Shown: one piece after another, positions 33,114 to 42,915 of the stretch
Layout: the number at the start of each line of letters is the position of its first letter
How positions within the stretch are numbered: position 1 is the stretch's first letter
NCBI GenBank assembly: GCA_963827235.1
Contig: CAWHAE010000012.1
Location: 448,001 to 512,000, forward strand
Source: an uncultured bacterium
GTDB lineage: Bacteria; Chloroflexota; UBA5177; JANWHV01
Direction: 5' to 3'
Length of the DNA stretch: 64,000 bases
Notes under the pieces: model-generated
Databases searched by the model: none
Told to the model about the DNA's origin: nothing
The model's input: the letters and a program-made list of their open reading frames with translations, nothing else
Made by a program: the position numbers and the translations under genes

Positions 33114-33581
33114 GGGCGACATGCCGCGATACTCAATGCTTCCTGCCGGCTTGTTGCCGAAGTCAGGCTCTGGCACGTATGGTAGGGCGCTATGAGGCCG
33201 CCACGACGGCAAGCGTCCCTCAAATGCGAATCACAACGAGTGGTTGGCGAGTACGGCTGTGGTTGTGCGGCACCTGCCGTAGCAGCGACGTCCATGCGGA
33301 CTTGGGGCAACTGCCACCTGCTGGCGCCGACCTAGCGGTGCTGGAACGGCCGGCCTTGGATTCCCGGCCAGTTGCCTGAAGTCAGGCGGCGGCTGCCAGA
33401 TCAGCAGAGGACCGGTCGGTACGCTGACGGATCGGGTCGGCCGACGTGGGGCGCAGCCAGCGCGTAAGCGGTCATAGCGCTTGTGGAGCACGTCGGCGTA
33501 GGTAGGCGGTGCCAATGAGGATGTGAACGTCATTCGAGAACGCTCCTGATGTCCGTAGTTCGCGGTAGACATCTGAGGCAC

Positions 33582-35687
33582 CTACCGCTGCACCCGAACA
33601 TTGTGGAACTGTGGTAGACGCAGGCAGAACGTGCTTCCCCTGGGGCCTGTGGCATCCAGGTCCAGCTCGCCACCCATCGCTCGGGCTAGCTGTCTCCCGA
33701 CATAGAGCCCGAGACCGGTACCTACGCGCCCCGCCCTAATCGGGCTCCCAGGAATGCGGCCGAAGCGGGTAAACAGGTGGCTACGGCTCTCTTCGGGGAT
33801 GCCGGGCCCCGCATCGCGCACGCGTATCAGCACGTCGCGGTGGTCCAGGCTCCACGTGATCGCGATTGGGCTTCCTTCTGGGGAATACTTCGCCGCATTG
33901 TCGACCATATTCGCGAGTATCTGTGTCACCCGATCAGGATGTCCGAGCACGTGGAGACCGGCCGGTCCGTCGGTATCAATCCGCTGGCCCGGATACGTGC
34001 CCTGCGCTTCACCCGCGACCCGCTGCACGACCGTCTGAACATCCACAGACTCCAGTTGCTCGGCGGGGAGAATGTCATCCAGGCGCGTGAGCAGCAGCAG
34101 GTCCTCCACCAGGCGCTTCTGCCGGTTTGCGGCGGTCACCATCTTGCCCAGGCGGCTCCGCCGCTCCGGCTCGGTGAGCCGCTCCCAGTGCGCCTCCAGT
34201 ATCTCTCCATAGCCGATGATCGAGGTAAGCGGGGTCCGCAGTTCGTGGCTGACCGACGCCACGAAATCGTTGCGCATCTGGCCCAGTTCAAGGGCCGCCT
34301 GGCGTACTCGCTGTGCCTCATGCTGCGCCCGCACAGTTTCGGTCGCATTCACGGCGATGCCACTGCCGCCCAGGACCTCACCGTCGCTCGACACCTCAGC
34401 CGTCCACCACACGTCAAAAATGTTCGCAGTGGTGTCGAGCCTGGCCGAGAACGACTCGCCGGCGACAACACGTTGCCAAAGCTGTGCGATTTGCGGTAAT
34501 CCTGCGATCCGGTCCCCAAGGTGCTGCCCAACCGACGGGGTCCGGGCTGATCCCTCGCCCAACCCTCCGTCACCCTCGGATAGAGTGACGATCCCCTTCT
34601 CGTCGATGGCGAGTAGGAGCATCGGCGCGTGCGAGATTACCGCGCGCAGGTGACCTTCCGTGGCACGCAGCGCTGCTTCGGCTTGTTTGCGCGTGGTGAT
34701 GTCGCGGCCGGTCACGACGAGACTCCTGACCAGCGGATCGCCCAGTCGATTGACGCCTGCGGCGGCTAGCCAGCGGAACGAGCCGTCTGCGTGCCGGGCC
34801 CGGCATTCCACCTCAACACGCTCCGGCCCGTTGTCGAGGCGGCGCGCAATGCCAGCGCGGACCGCCTCATGGTCGGCGGGATGGATGAACTCCAGCACGT
34901 TGCGACCCAGCACCTCGGCCTGTCGATAGCCCAGGATCGGTTCTACCATCGGGCTTGTGTACCGGATAGCCCCGCACGCATCGAGGAGCAGGACAACGTC
35001 CGCACTCTGCTGGCCCAGGGCTCGGCGGAGGTGCGTCCGCACGCTAACTCCGACTCGAAGCACCCCAATAGCCATCACCAGGACGACGATCACCCCGAGC
35101 AGCAGGCCACTGGCCGCGTCAGCCTGGGTCCCGGCCGAGTTGCTGGTCCGCGTGACATCCGCTTGCTCTATTCTGGCAAGTTGCGTCAGGTCCTCGGTCA
35201 GGGGAACTGCAACCAGCGTTTCTCCGACGGCCATCATGTTCTTGCCGGCGTCCAGGTTGTTCAGCAGTCGGTTGAGCGGATCGCTCAGGTCAGCTAGCGC
35301 TACGGCCGTTTGCAGCCTTTGGCTGATGCGGTCCGCGAGATCCTTCTCGGCCCGGGAGTAGCTCCCTGCCGCCTGAAATGCGCGGAAGCTCTGCTGCGCC
35401 GCCTGGCCAAAGGCACGCATCTTTGGGAACTCGACTTGTGCCCGCTGCTGAGGACTGATGTCGATGACGGACGCCAGCCCGTAGTAGTTCATCTGTGCGA
35501 TGTCACGTTCCGTCTCGAGAATGCTCGCCAGGACGGGCATGCGCGTGTTCGAAACGGTTGAGAGCGCGTTTCGTGCCGTGTGCAGGCCGGCGAGACCGGT
35601 GCCACCGATGGCAGCTGCCACTATCAGAGTCAGCAGCAACTCCCAGAGCAGCCTCGGCGAATGCACCACATATTGCAGGTACCGCAT
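33582..35687 (-). CDS. Membrane sensor histidine kinase (4HB, two PAS, HisKA, HATPase)
   Basis: FIHPAD..ADGSFRW..RDITTRK PAS; VSHELRTPL; NMVDNAAKYS; DAGPGI; GTGLGL. Confidence 0.93.
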   Translation of the reverse strand: MRYLQYVVHSPRLLWELLLTLIVAAAIGGTGLAGLHTARNALSTVSNTRMPVLASILETERDIAQMNYYGLASVIDISPQQRAQVEFPKMRAFGQAAQQSFRAFQAAGSYSRAEKDLADRISQRLQTAVALADLSDPLNRLLNNLDAGKNMMAVGETLVAVPLTEDLTQLARIEQADVTRTSNSAGTQADAASGLLLGVIVVLVMAIGVLRVGVSVRTHLRRALGQQSADVVLLLDACGAIRYTSPMVEPILGYRQAEVLGRNVLEFIHPADHEAVRAGIARRLDNGPERVEVECRARHADGSFRWLAAAGVNRLGDPLVRSLVVTGRDITTRKQAEAALRATEGHLRAVISHAPMLLLAIDEKGIVTLSEGDGGLGEGSARTPSVGQHLGDRIAGLPQIAQLWQRVVAGESFSARLDTTANIFDVWWTAEVSSDGEVLGGSGIAVNATETVRAQHEAQRVRQAALELGQMRNDFVASVSHELRTPLTSIIGYGEILEAHWERLTEPERRSRLGKMVTAANRQKRLVEDLLLLTRLDDILPAEQLESVDVQTVVQRVAGEAQGTYPGQRIDTDGPAGLHVLGHPDRVTQILANMVDNAAKYSPEGSPIAITWSLDHRDVLIRVRDAGPGIPEESRSHLFTRFGRIPGSPIRAGRVGTGLGLYVGRQLARAMGGELDLDATGPRGSTFCLRLPQFHNVRVQR

Positions 35688-36359
35688 CAGCCCCCCCTCG
35701 AATCGGCTCGGGACGAGAGTCCCACGGCGATCCGCGCAAGTCGGCAGCGATTGGCAAAGCATTCGGCAGGCGGCTGTTCGCCGCGGGTTTCGTCCGTGTT
35801 CGTGCCCCTTTTTCGCCATTGTATTCAATTGTCGTCGCGCACCGGATCACCCGAATTTCTGGTGATGACGCTGCCAGCCACGACAATCACTTCATGGCGT
35901 CCTCGCCCCGGCGATCGTGGCTTCGAGATCTGTAGTCGCGTGGATGGGGTCGTTTCCACAATCCAGCGCAACGAAAGGTGACGACGACCGCGCAGGAGTG
36001 CCTCGCCAACCATACGCAGATCCTGTATCGGCCCGGGCATCCGCACGGATTTGTCATCGCTGTCAACTTGGCCGAGGTGGCCCTGTGCCGCGTGCTATGG
36101 GACCCAACGGAGGTCGCAGAGGTGCGTCTGCCGGGTTTCACGTTTCCATGTAGGCCGGGCAAAGTGGCCGTCAGCATCCGCATTGTGCAGGGCATGTTCA
36201 AGCTTGGACCTGTCCAGCTTTGCGCTCCAGATGGGCGCGTGATACCGGTAACGCTTCTTGGGTTCAGCTTCACACATCCCGCCGTCAGTCAGCCTGGCGC
36301 TCGGGAAGCCTGGATCGCATGGATGCGGGGCGCGCTCCCCGAGGTTACTCTCGATGGCG

Positions 36360-36580
36360 TAACCACTACCCCGTGCGGCGTGGCGCTGGATCCCGCGGAT
36401 AGCCTGTACATCGCCGAGGCCGGCAACAACCTGGTGCGGGAGGTCGTGCCCGGGCCCGGCGCCCTTCTCCTGGACAGCACGAGCGCTGTCACGACCCTGG
36501 CCGGAACCGGCACGGCCGGCGTGGCCGACGGTGTGGGATCCGCAGGACGGGCACAGATGGACCGGCGGTTCGGCGTGGCG
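36360..36580 (+). pseudogene. NHL-repeat protein fragment
   Basis: PCGVALD..SLYIAEAGNNLVREV..VTTLAGTGTAG.ADG embedded in a chimeric ORF. Confidence 0.55.
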
Positions 36581-36998
36581 ACATCCTTCGTGTACCGCGG
36601 ATCGAATCTGCCGCCCGGCGGCAATATCTATATCCTGATAGTCCGGCACCCATACGTCGATGTGCGCGCCCACCACTGCAGACCCTGTGTCGGCTGCGAT
36701 GCACGTACCAACGCCAACCAAGTTGATCCGCCTGCCGGGTCGGCGCCCTGGGCGCTCCTCGGCGCGATTGTCGGCGCGTCGATGGGCCTCCTGGCCAGTG
36801 TGGCCCAGGTGATCATGGTGCAGAGCGGCCTGGTTTGCTGCGGCGTCTGCCTGTCGCCTCCTCCTCCTTGCACGGAGGTTGCGGTGTCCGGCCGGCTTGA
36901 CCCCGGCGTTCGACTCGGAATCATCGCCACAGCCAGTTGAGCGGCCCACCGTGCAACGTGCTCCTACCCAACACAGCGGCCGTCGCTCGCACGTTGAC

Positions 36999-38051
36999 TC
37001 AAGCTAAGCAGGCGAATGCTGCGGTGCGCTCCGCCTTGCCCGTCTGCAGGAGATCCAGCGCTTCCTCACCGCTGCTGCCCCGATGCACGATACGGCTGAT
37101 CGCTCGCCCGACCAGTTGCGGATCGACGTTGCCGGGGTAGAGGACGTTGCGTCCCACCATCGCTCCCCGGACGTTGGGGCCGGCCGCCATACCGAGAGAG
37201 AACTCTTGCAGCATGGGCGCCGGGTTCTCCAGCGAGGCGCCGCCAAGCATCAGGATTGGCAGGGAAGTGGCTTGGGCGACCACCTCGAAGTGCTCACAGT
37301 AGGGTACCTTGAGCCAGGAACGCCGGGAGGAACCGCCCAGTGCGGAACAGACGCACACCAGCGGGGCCAGCGCCTCCGCCCGCTTCTGCACGCTGAACAC
37401 GCCATCCTGCTCACCAAAGGGGATGGGCTCGATGAAGGTCGGCACCCCGGCCTCGGTCAGGACGTTCACCGCGTCTGCCGTGGCAACCAGCGTCGGCAGC
37501 ATCTCGGGGTGGTCCAGCGACGAGCGCACGAGCATTTTCGCCCCGTCGAGCCGCATGGCGAGGATATGGCGCGGGGTGTAAGCCGTCACCGGGCTGTTCA
37601 ACTCCCATCGCGATCCGGTGAGCCCGCCCGGGTTGAGTGTCCCGGCCAGGACCTTGTGGTCGAGAAGCGCTGGCGCGCCCTGGCGGGCCAACAGCGCGTC
37701 GATGATCAACAGGTCCTCGATGATGTCCGGCGTGGCCAGCACCCCGTCGACTTCCGGGCTGACGAGGACCCGAAGGATGCGACCCAACAGCTCATGGCGA
37801 TTCGCCATGGCCACCGCATTCTGACCAACGCGGGCCTCGTGGTGGGCAGTATGGTCAGCTGCGATGATCACCAGCCGCCCGTCTTCGGTCAGCGTGGGAC
37901 GGCGCGCCCGAGCGTGAGCTGTCTCGACGATTGTTTCCGGCTCGTCCACCCGCACCTTGGTGATCCGCGCCATGATTGCACGCGGGAAGAACCCTTCCAG
38001 GTCAAAGCCAAGGGTGGCGCTGGGCAATCGCATCGGTGTCGTCATTGCCAT
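36999..38051 (-). CDS. Class I aldolase-like TIM barrel (Cgl0159-like)
   Basis: GRLVIIAADH, VDGVLATPDIIEDL, NPGGL.G..WEL, DGAKML, SALGGSS..WLKVPY, GRNVLYP. Confidence 0.8.
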   Translation of the reverse strand: MAMTTPMRLPSATLGFDLEGFFPRAIMARITKVRVDEPETIVETAHARARRPTLTEDGRLVIIAADHTAHHEARVGQNAVAMANRHELLGRILRVLVSPEVDGVLATPDIIEDLLIIDALLARQGAPALLDHKVLAGTLNPGGLTGSRWELNSPVTAYTPRHILAMRLDGAKMLVRSSLDHPEMLPTLVATADAVNVLTEAGVPTFIEPIPFGEQDGVFSVQKRAEALAPLVCVCSALGGSSRRSWLKVPYCEHFEVVAQATSLPILMLGGASLENPAPMLQEFSLGMAAGPNVRGAMVGRNVLYPGNVDPQLVGRAISRIVHRGSSGEEALDLLQTGKAERTAAFACLA

Positions 38052-38746
38052 AGCTCGCTTTTCCACGCACGCCGGTGATGCGTGCGCACTATCGTGGCCT
38101 GTACACCCGACCAGTCTCTCAGCTGTGCGCCGCATGTGTGCTCGTGCCTCGCCTTCCGAGCGGCGATTCCGTTGACACGCGCTGGCCGTGTTGCTCTACA
38201 TACTGTACCGCCTGCCGTCTGCTACCCGACATCAATGTAACCTTGCTGACCTTATACACAGCCTAGGTATCGCCGGACTTCGCTCTGCGCCTGCAATACT
38301 CGCGCCCATAGCGTGCTCTTCAATTCTCGCGGCTGCACGCCCTTGATATGGGTTCGGGAGCTGATCGGCCTCTGCTGTCCTGATGTATACAAATACGCTC
38401 GTCAGCAGGACTACCAGGTGGGCAAAGCGACGCACATGTGGGGATTCGCTGAGGGACTCGCGCCGATGACATGCCCGATCGTGGGGTGGGGCGGCACGGT
38501 CCCGGCCAGCGCGGTCGGCGGTGCCACCTGGAGCACGCGACTCTCCGGCACGAACAAGGATCTGTACGGCGCTACCTGCACGGGCGCGGGAGCGTGTGCG
38601 GCGGTCGGCAGCGGCGGCACTATCGTCACCAGCGCGCAGGGTAGCGGACGTATCATCTGCACCGGGGTTCATACACGACTATTGACCGGTGACAGCCATA
38701 CCGTCGCCCGGCGACAGAGCTGCGAGGCTGACAGGCAGGTCCGAGC

Positions 38747-39578
38747 GTGGATGAGTTGACGACGCAGGAAATGGCGCTCGGTGTGCTGGCCGTGCTCGGC
38801 GGCGTCTGCAACCGGGGCGTGATCTACCGAGGCGGCCGCGTCTTGGTGGTCGATGCCGGCATCGGTGCCGCGGAGGCCGCACCACTTCGCGCCTTGGCCG
38901 AGGTGCATGGGGCAAATGGGCACTTCCTGCTGCTGTGCAATACCCACGCCCACAGTGACCATGTTTACGGCAATCAGGTGTTTGCCGACCGCCCCATCAT
39001 CGCCCAGACCGAGGTCCGCGAGGACCTGATGGCCAGGGGCGAGGAGACGCTAGCCGTCTGGCGGGCACAACCCGCGCATGGCGGCACTGGTGGCCGACGT
39101 CGTCCTCACGCCTCCCACGGTCGTGTTCTCGGAGACGCTCACCCTCTTCTTTGACGACCTAGAGATCCAGGTCCGCCGTCTCGGCGCCGCACACAGCAGG
39201 AGTGACGGCGTGGTGTGGGTGCCTCAGGCGCGCACGCTGTTCACCGGGGATCTCCTCTTCAGCGCGATCGTGCCGGCCATGCCGCCGGGGTGCAACCTGG
39301 CAGCCTGGCTGCGGGCCCTGGACACGCTGATTGACCTGGACCCCGCGCATGTGATTGCCGGCCATGGACCGATCCAGTCCCCGGTGGCCCTGGCGGATCT
39401 GCGGGATTGGTTCCTCATCCTGCGCACCCGGGTGGGCGAGGCGCGCGCGCAGGGCTTGGACCGCGAGGCGGCGATCGCACGCGTCAGCACCAGCATGCAG
39501 CAGGCGGTATCGCGTGGGATCGCGGAACGGCTTCCGCAGGCCGTCGGGCAGGTATTCGACCAGGTGGACGGCGTCTAG
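38747..39578 (+). CDS. MBL-fold metallo-hydrolase (cyclase-like); +1 frameshift near 39071
   Basis: LVVDAG, NTHAHSDHVYGN, AHS, LFTGDL, VIAGHG. Confidence 0.8.
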
Positions 39579-39649
39579 GGCGGCAGCCGCGGCAGTGTGG
39601 GCGCGTACGGCCTCACCCATCCTCTGGCCCCGCCGACGCGCTCCAGGAG

Positions 39650-41446
39650 CTACGCCCGGTCGGACTCCTCGTCCATGTCGTGGATGTACCGCTTGCCCCG
39701 CATCAGCGAAGCTACGGCGGCGATGACCGACAACACCGCCGAGACGTAGAAGGCGGTGTGCAACCCGTCCATGAAGGCCGGGAGGATCAGGTGCGGGAAG
39801 AAGGTCTTGCCGAACAGCGTCGCCTGGGTCTGGAGGCCCAGGTGCGTCGCCACAGCCGGCGGCACCAGTGAGCGCATCGGGTTGTAGCCCAGCAGGGCGG
39901 CAAAGAGCACGCTGATCGGCGGCAGCCCTGCGATACGGTGCGCCACGCTCACCGGCAGGCCGTGCGCCATCAGCCCGGCCGCCATCACGCCCGGCAACGT
40001 GGAGGCCAGACCGGCGGTCAGGATGGTGAAGAAGAACGCCATGCTCACCATCATGCCGGCGTTCAAGAACGTGCCACGCATGCCCGAGGCCACGCCACGC
40101 ACGTCGGCCGGCACAGAGTTCATGATGCTGGTCGTGTTCGGCGCGGCAAACAGACCCTGGCCGACGCCCATGAGCAGCAGGATGGCAAAGAAGGCCAGAC
40201 GATTGAAGTCCCCAGGCAGCGCGTTGAGCAGCACGAAGCCAACCGCATTGAGGGCCATGCCGCCCGTGGCGAAGGCGCGGGCGCCGTAGCGGTCGGAGAG
40301 CCAGCCCGAGACCGGACCCAGGCCGATGAAGCCGAGCATCATGGGCATGGTGTAGATGCCCGCCCACAGCGGCGTGTCCTCGTAGTTGATGCCGTGCAAC
40401 GGCAGCCAGATGCCCTGCAGCCAGATGATCAGCATGAACTGCAGGCCGCCGCGCGCGAGCGCACTCAGGAAGCCACTCAGGTTGCCGGCGGCGAACATGC
40501 GAATCTTGAACAGCTCGAGGTGAAAGAGCGGATCGGGTACCCGCGCCTCGATCCAGAGAAAGGCGGCCAGCAGCACCGCCCCGGTCACCAGCGCCGCGAT
40601 CACCCACGGGTTCGTCCAACCCAGCGCACCGCCCCCATACGGCTCAATGCCGTAGGTCACGCCGACCAGCAGCAGCGTCAGCCCAACGAGGAAGGTGACG
40701 TTGCCGGGCAGGTCGAGCCGCTGGCCGCGGTGAATCGTGGCAATCTCGTGCAGGCGCAGATACGCCCACACCGTGCCGAAGAGACCGAAGGGCACGCTGA
40801 CCAGGAAGACGAGCCGCCAGTCCACCGTGGCCAGCCAGCCGCCGATCAGCAACCCGCCCAGCGAGCCGGAGATGCCGGCAATCTGGTTGAAGCCCATGGC
40901 CATGCCCCGCTCGTCTGGGGGAAACGCGTCGGTCAGCAGCGCCGCGCTGTTGGAGAACAGGAAGGCGCCCCCGATCCCCTGCACCACCCGAAAGACCAGC
41001 AGCTCGATGCCGGCCTGGGTGCCGGTGCCAGGCGTGAACACCAGCAGCAGCGAGCCCAGCGTGAAGACCGCGAAGCCGAGATTGTAGAGGCGCACCCGGC
41101 CGAACATGTCCGAGATGCGGCCGAAGGTCACCAGGAGCGTGGCCGTGACCAGCATGTAGCCCATCATGATCCAGAGCAGGAAGCCCGAGTTGCCCGGCGC
41201 CATCGGGTCGAGGGCAATGCCGCGGAAGATGGCGGGCAGCGAGATCATCATGATGCTGCCGTTGATGCTCGCCACGAGCGTCCCAACCGTGGTGTTGGAC
41301 AGCACGATCCACTTGTACCGATCAGGATGGCGCGCTGCGGCCGCCGTGGCACCCGCCTCCGCGATGGGGCCGCCGGTACTCGCGATCGGCGTTACAGCGG
41401 AAGAGGCCGTACCCTGTTCCTCGGGGGGCGCGAGGACGTGTGTCAC
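39650..41446 (-). CDS. MFS transporter (DHA2-like, 14 TM)
   Basis: FGRISDMFGRVRLYNLGF, FRVVQGIGGA, DAFPPDERG, WRLVFLVSVPFG. Confidence 0.95.
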   Translation of the reverse strand: MTHVLAPPEEQGTASSAVTPIASTGGPIAEAGATAAAARHPDRYKWIVLSNTTVGTLVASINGSIMMISLPAIFRGIALDPMAPGNSGFLLWIMMGYMLVTATLLVTFGRISDMFGRVRLYNLGFAVFTLGSLLLVFTPGTGTQAGIELLVFRVVQGIGGAFLFSNSAALLTDAFPPDERGMAMGFNQIAGISGSLGGLLIGGWLATVDWRLVFLVSVPFGLFGTVWAYLRLHEIATIHRGQRLDLPGNVTFLVGLTLLLVGVTYGIEPYGGGALGWTNPWVIAALVTGAVLLAAFLWIEARVPDPLFHLELFKIRMFAAGNLSGFLSALARGGLQFMLIIWLQGIWLPLHGINYEDTPLWAGIYTMPMMLGFIGLGPVSGWLSDRYGARAFATGGMALNAVGFVLLNALPGDFNRLAFFAILLLMGVGQGLFAAPNTTSIMNSVPADVRGVASGMRGTFLNAGMMVSMAFFFTILTAGLASTLPGVMAAGLMAHGLPVSVAHRIAGLPPISVLFAALLGYNPMRSLVPPAVATHLGLQTQATLFGKTFFPHLILPAFMDGLHTAFYVSAVLSVIAAVASLMRGKRYIHDMDEESDRA

Positions 41447-41450
41447 CAGG

Positions 41451-42380
41451 TCACCCTTCTAGCGCCGTGGGCACCTCCGGCCGCCCGGCACGCGCAGGCA
41501 CGTCATCCTCACCGACGTGCAGGACCTGCACATCGGTACCGGCCGGGTTTCCCGTGCGTAGGAGCAGCACGGCCGCTGCGCGCTCGTGGACCACGCGCTC
41601 GGCGACGGAGCTGGCCAGCCAGTGCAGCGGCGAGTCGTGCGCGTGCGTGGCCATGACCACGAGGCGCTCCGTCCCGGCCAACTCGTGGATGGCCCCGGCT
41701 ACGACACCTACCACCACGCGCCGTTCCACGACTGGAAGGCTCTGCGAAGCCAGCCGCTCGGCGACGTCGGCAAGATAGCGCTCACCCGCGGCTCTCTCGC
41801 TCTCGTGCTGCACCACGCGCAGCAGACTCACCCACTGCACCACCGCCGGCGCCAGGGCCAACAGTGGCCTGAGGGCCGCTTCATGCGCGGCCGACCCGTC
41901 CAGCGGCAGCACGGCGTGCCGCAAGCACACCGGATCAGCGCCTCCGCCCACCAGCAGGAGCGGCGCCCTGCCGTGGCGCAGCAGGTAGCTCGCCAAACGT
42001 CCCAGCGCGAGCCGCGCCGGCCCCGCGTGGTGGTGCGCGCCCAGCACCACCAGGTCGATTCCCTGCTCCTGCTCGTAGCGCTGCAGTGCAGGCCCGGCGT
42101 CGCCAAGCAACTCGTCCGTGCAGACGGTGAGGCCGCCGGTCGCCAGCTGCGCGCGAGCACCCTCGAGCGCGGCCCGCGCCGCTTGCTCGTCGGCTTGCAT
42201 GGCGGCGTCGTAGTCCGCTTGCGGCGCGTAAGCACCCATGAGCGCCCACGGCTCCGGCAGCGGCACGACGCACACCAGGTACACCGTCGCCCGCATCGCC
42301 GCGGCCAGCGTCCGTGCTATCGGGAGGGCCTGCTCGCCAGCGGGCGAGCCGTCCAGCGGTACCAGCACCCGGCGGAACAT
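41451..42380 (-). CDS. Tandem universal stress protein
   Basis: Two VPLDGS/LPLDGS domains, IDLVVLGAH, VVMATH, SSVAERVV. Confidence 0.9.
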   Translation of the reverse strand: MFRRVLVPLDGSPAGEQALPIARTLAAAMRATVYLVCVVPLPEPWALMGAYAPQADYDAAMQADEQAARAALEGARAQLATGGLTVCTDELLGDAGPALQRYEQEQGIDLVVLGAHHHAGPARLALGRLASYLLRHGRAPLLLVGGGADPVCLRHAVLPLDGSAAHEAALRPLLALAPAVVQWVSLLRVVQHESERAAGERYLADVAERLASQSLPVVERRVVVGVVAGAIHELAGTERLVVMATHAHDSPLHWLASSVAERVVHERAAAVLLLRTGNPAGTDVQVLHVGEDDVPARAGRPEVPTALEG

Positions 42381-42915
42381 CGCGCGCACATCCTCGTGAG
42401 GACACGCCGACCCGCGGCCCGAATCTCCTCCAACTGCTTGTAGTATACAACTAGTGCAGCGTGCCAAACAAGGAGCTTGAGCGCCGGCAGGCCTCGCCCT
42501 GGGTGGGAGCTACGACGAGCGCGAGTAGGCCTGGCTGGGAGTGCGCGCTCCCAATCTGGGCGTGTTTTCGCCGACGCCGAGACCGATGCGTTCGAGCAAG
42601 AGAGTGCCGAGCAGCTCACCGCACTGCATGGTCCCTACCCAAGCTGTGTTGATGTCGTTGCGCGCTTCGGCCGAGCTGGTGCCGGAGGCCTGGGAGTACA
42701 GCGTGGCTCGCCCTGCACGCGGCGCGCCAGCAACAGGCTAGGGTCGGGGCAAGTTGGTAGTTCCTGGCGGCACGCGCAGCCTCGGGCTGCCACACCCGCC
42801 GAGCCCGGCAGGCTGATCCTCACCGCCGCGCCGGAGCCTCGTGCGTTCGCGCGTTCTGGCGGATCCCGTGCCGCTGGCGACCGTGCTCTCGTTCCGATCG
42901 GACGGCACCCCATGC

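Noticed and set aside
35978-36940. 320-aa ORF as a real gene
   Set aside because: Reads as a fusion of unrelated pieces; only the NHL fragment is recognisable.
39938-41656. Long antisense ORFs (also 52313..53974, 30942..32048, 55184..56275, 43879..45072)
   Set aside because: Shadow ORFs opposite well-supported genes, expected at high GC.
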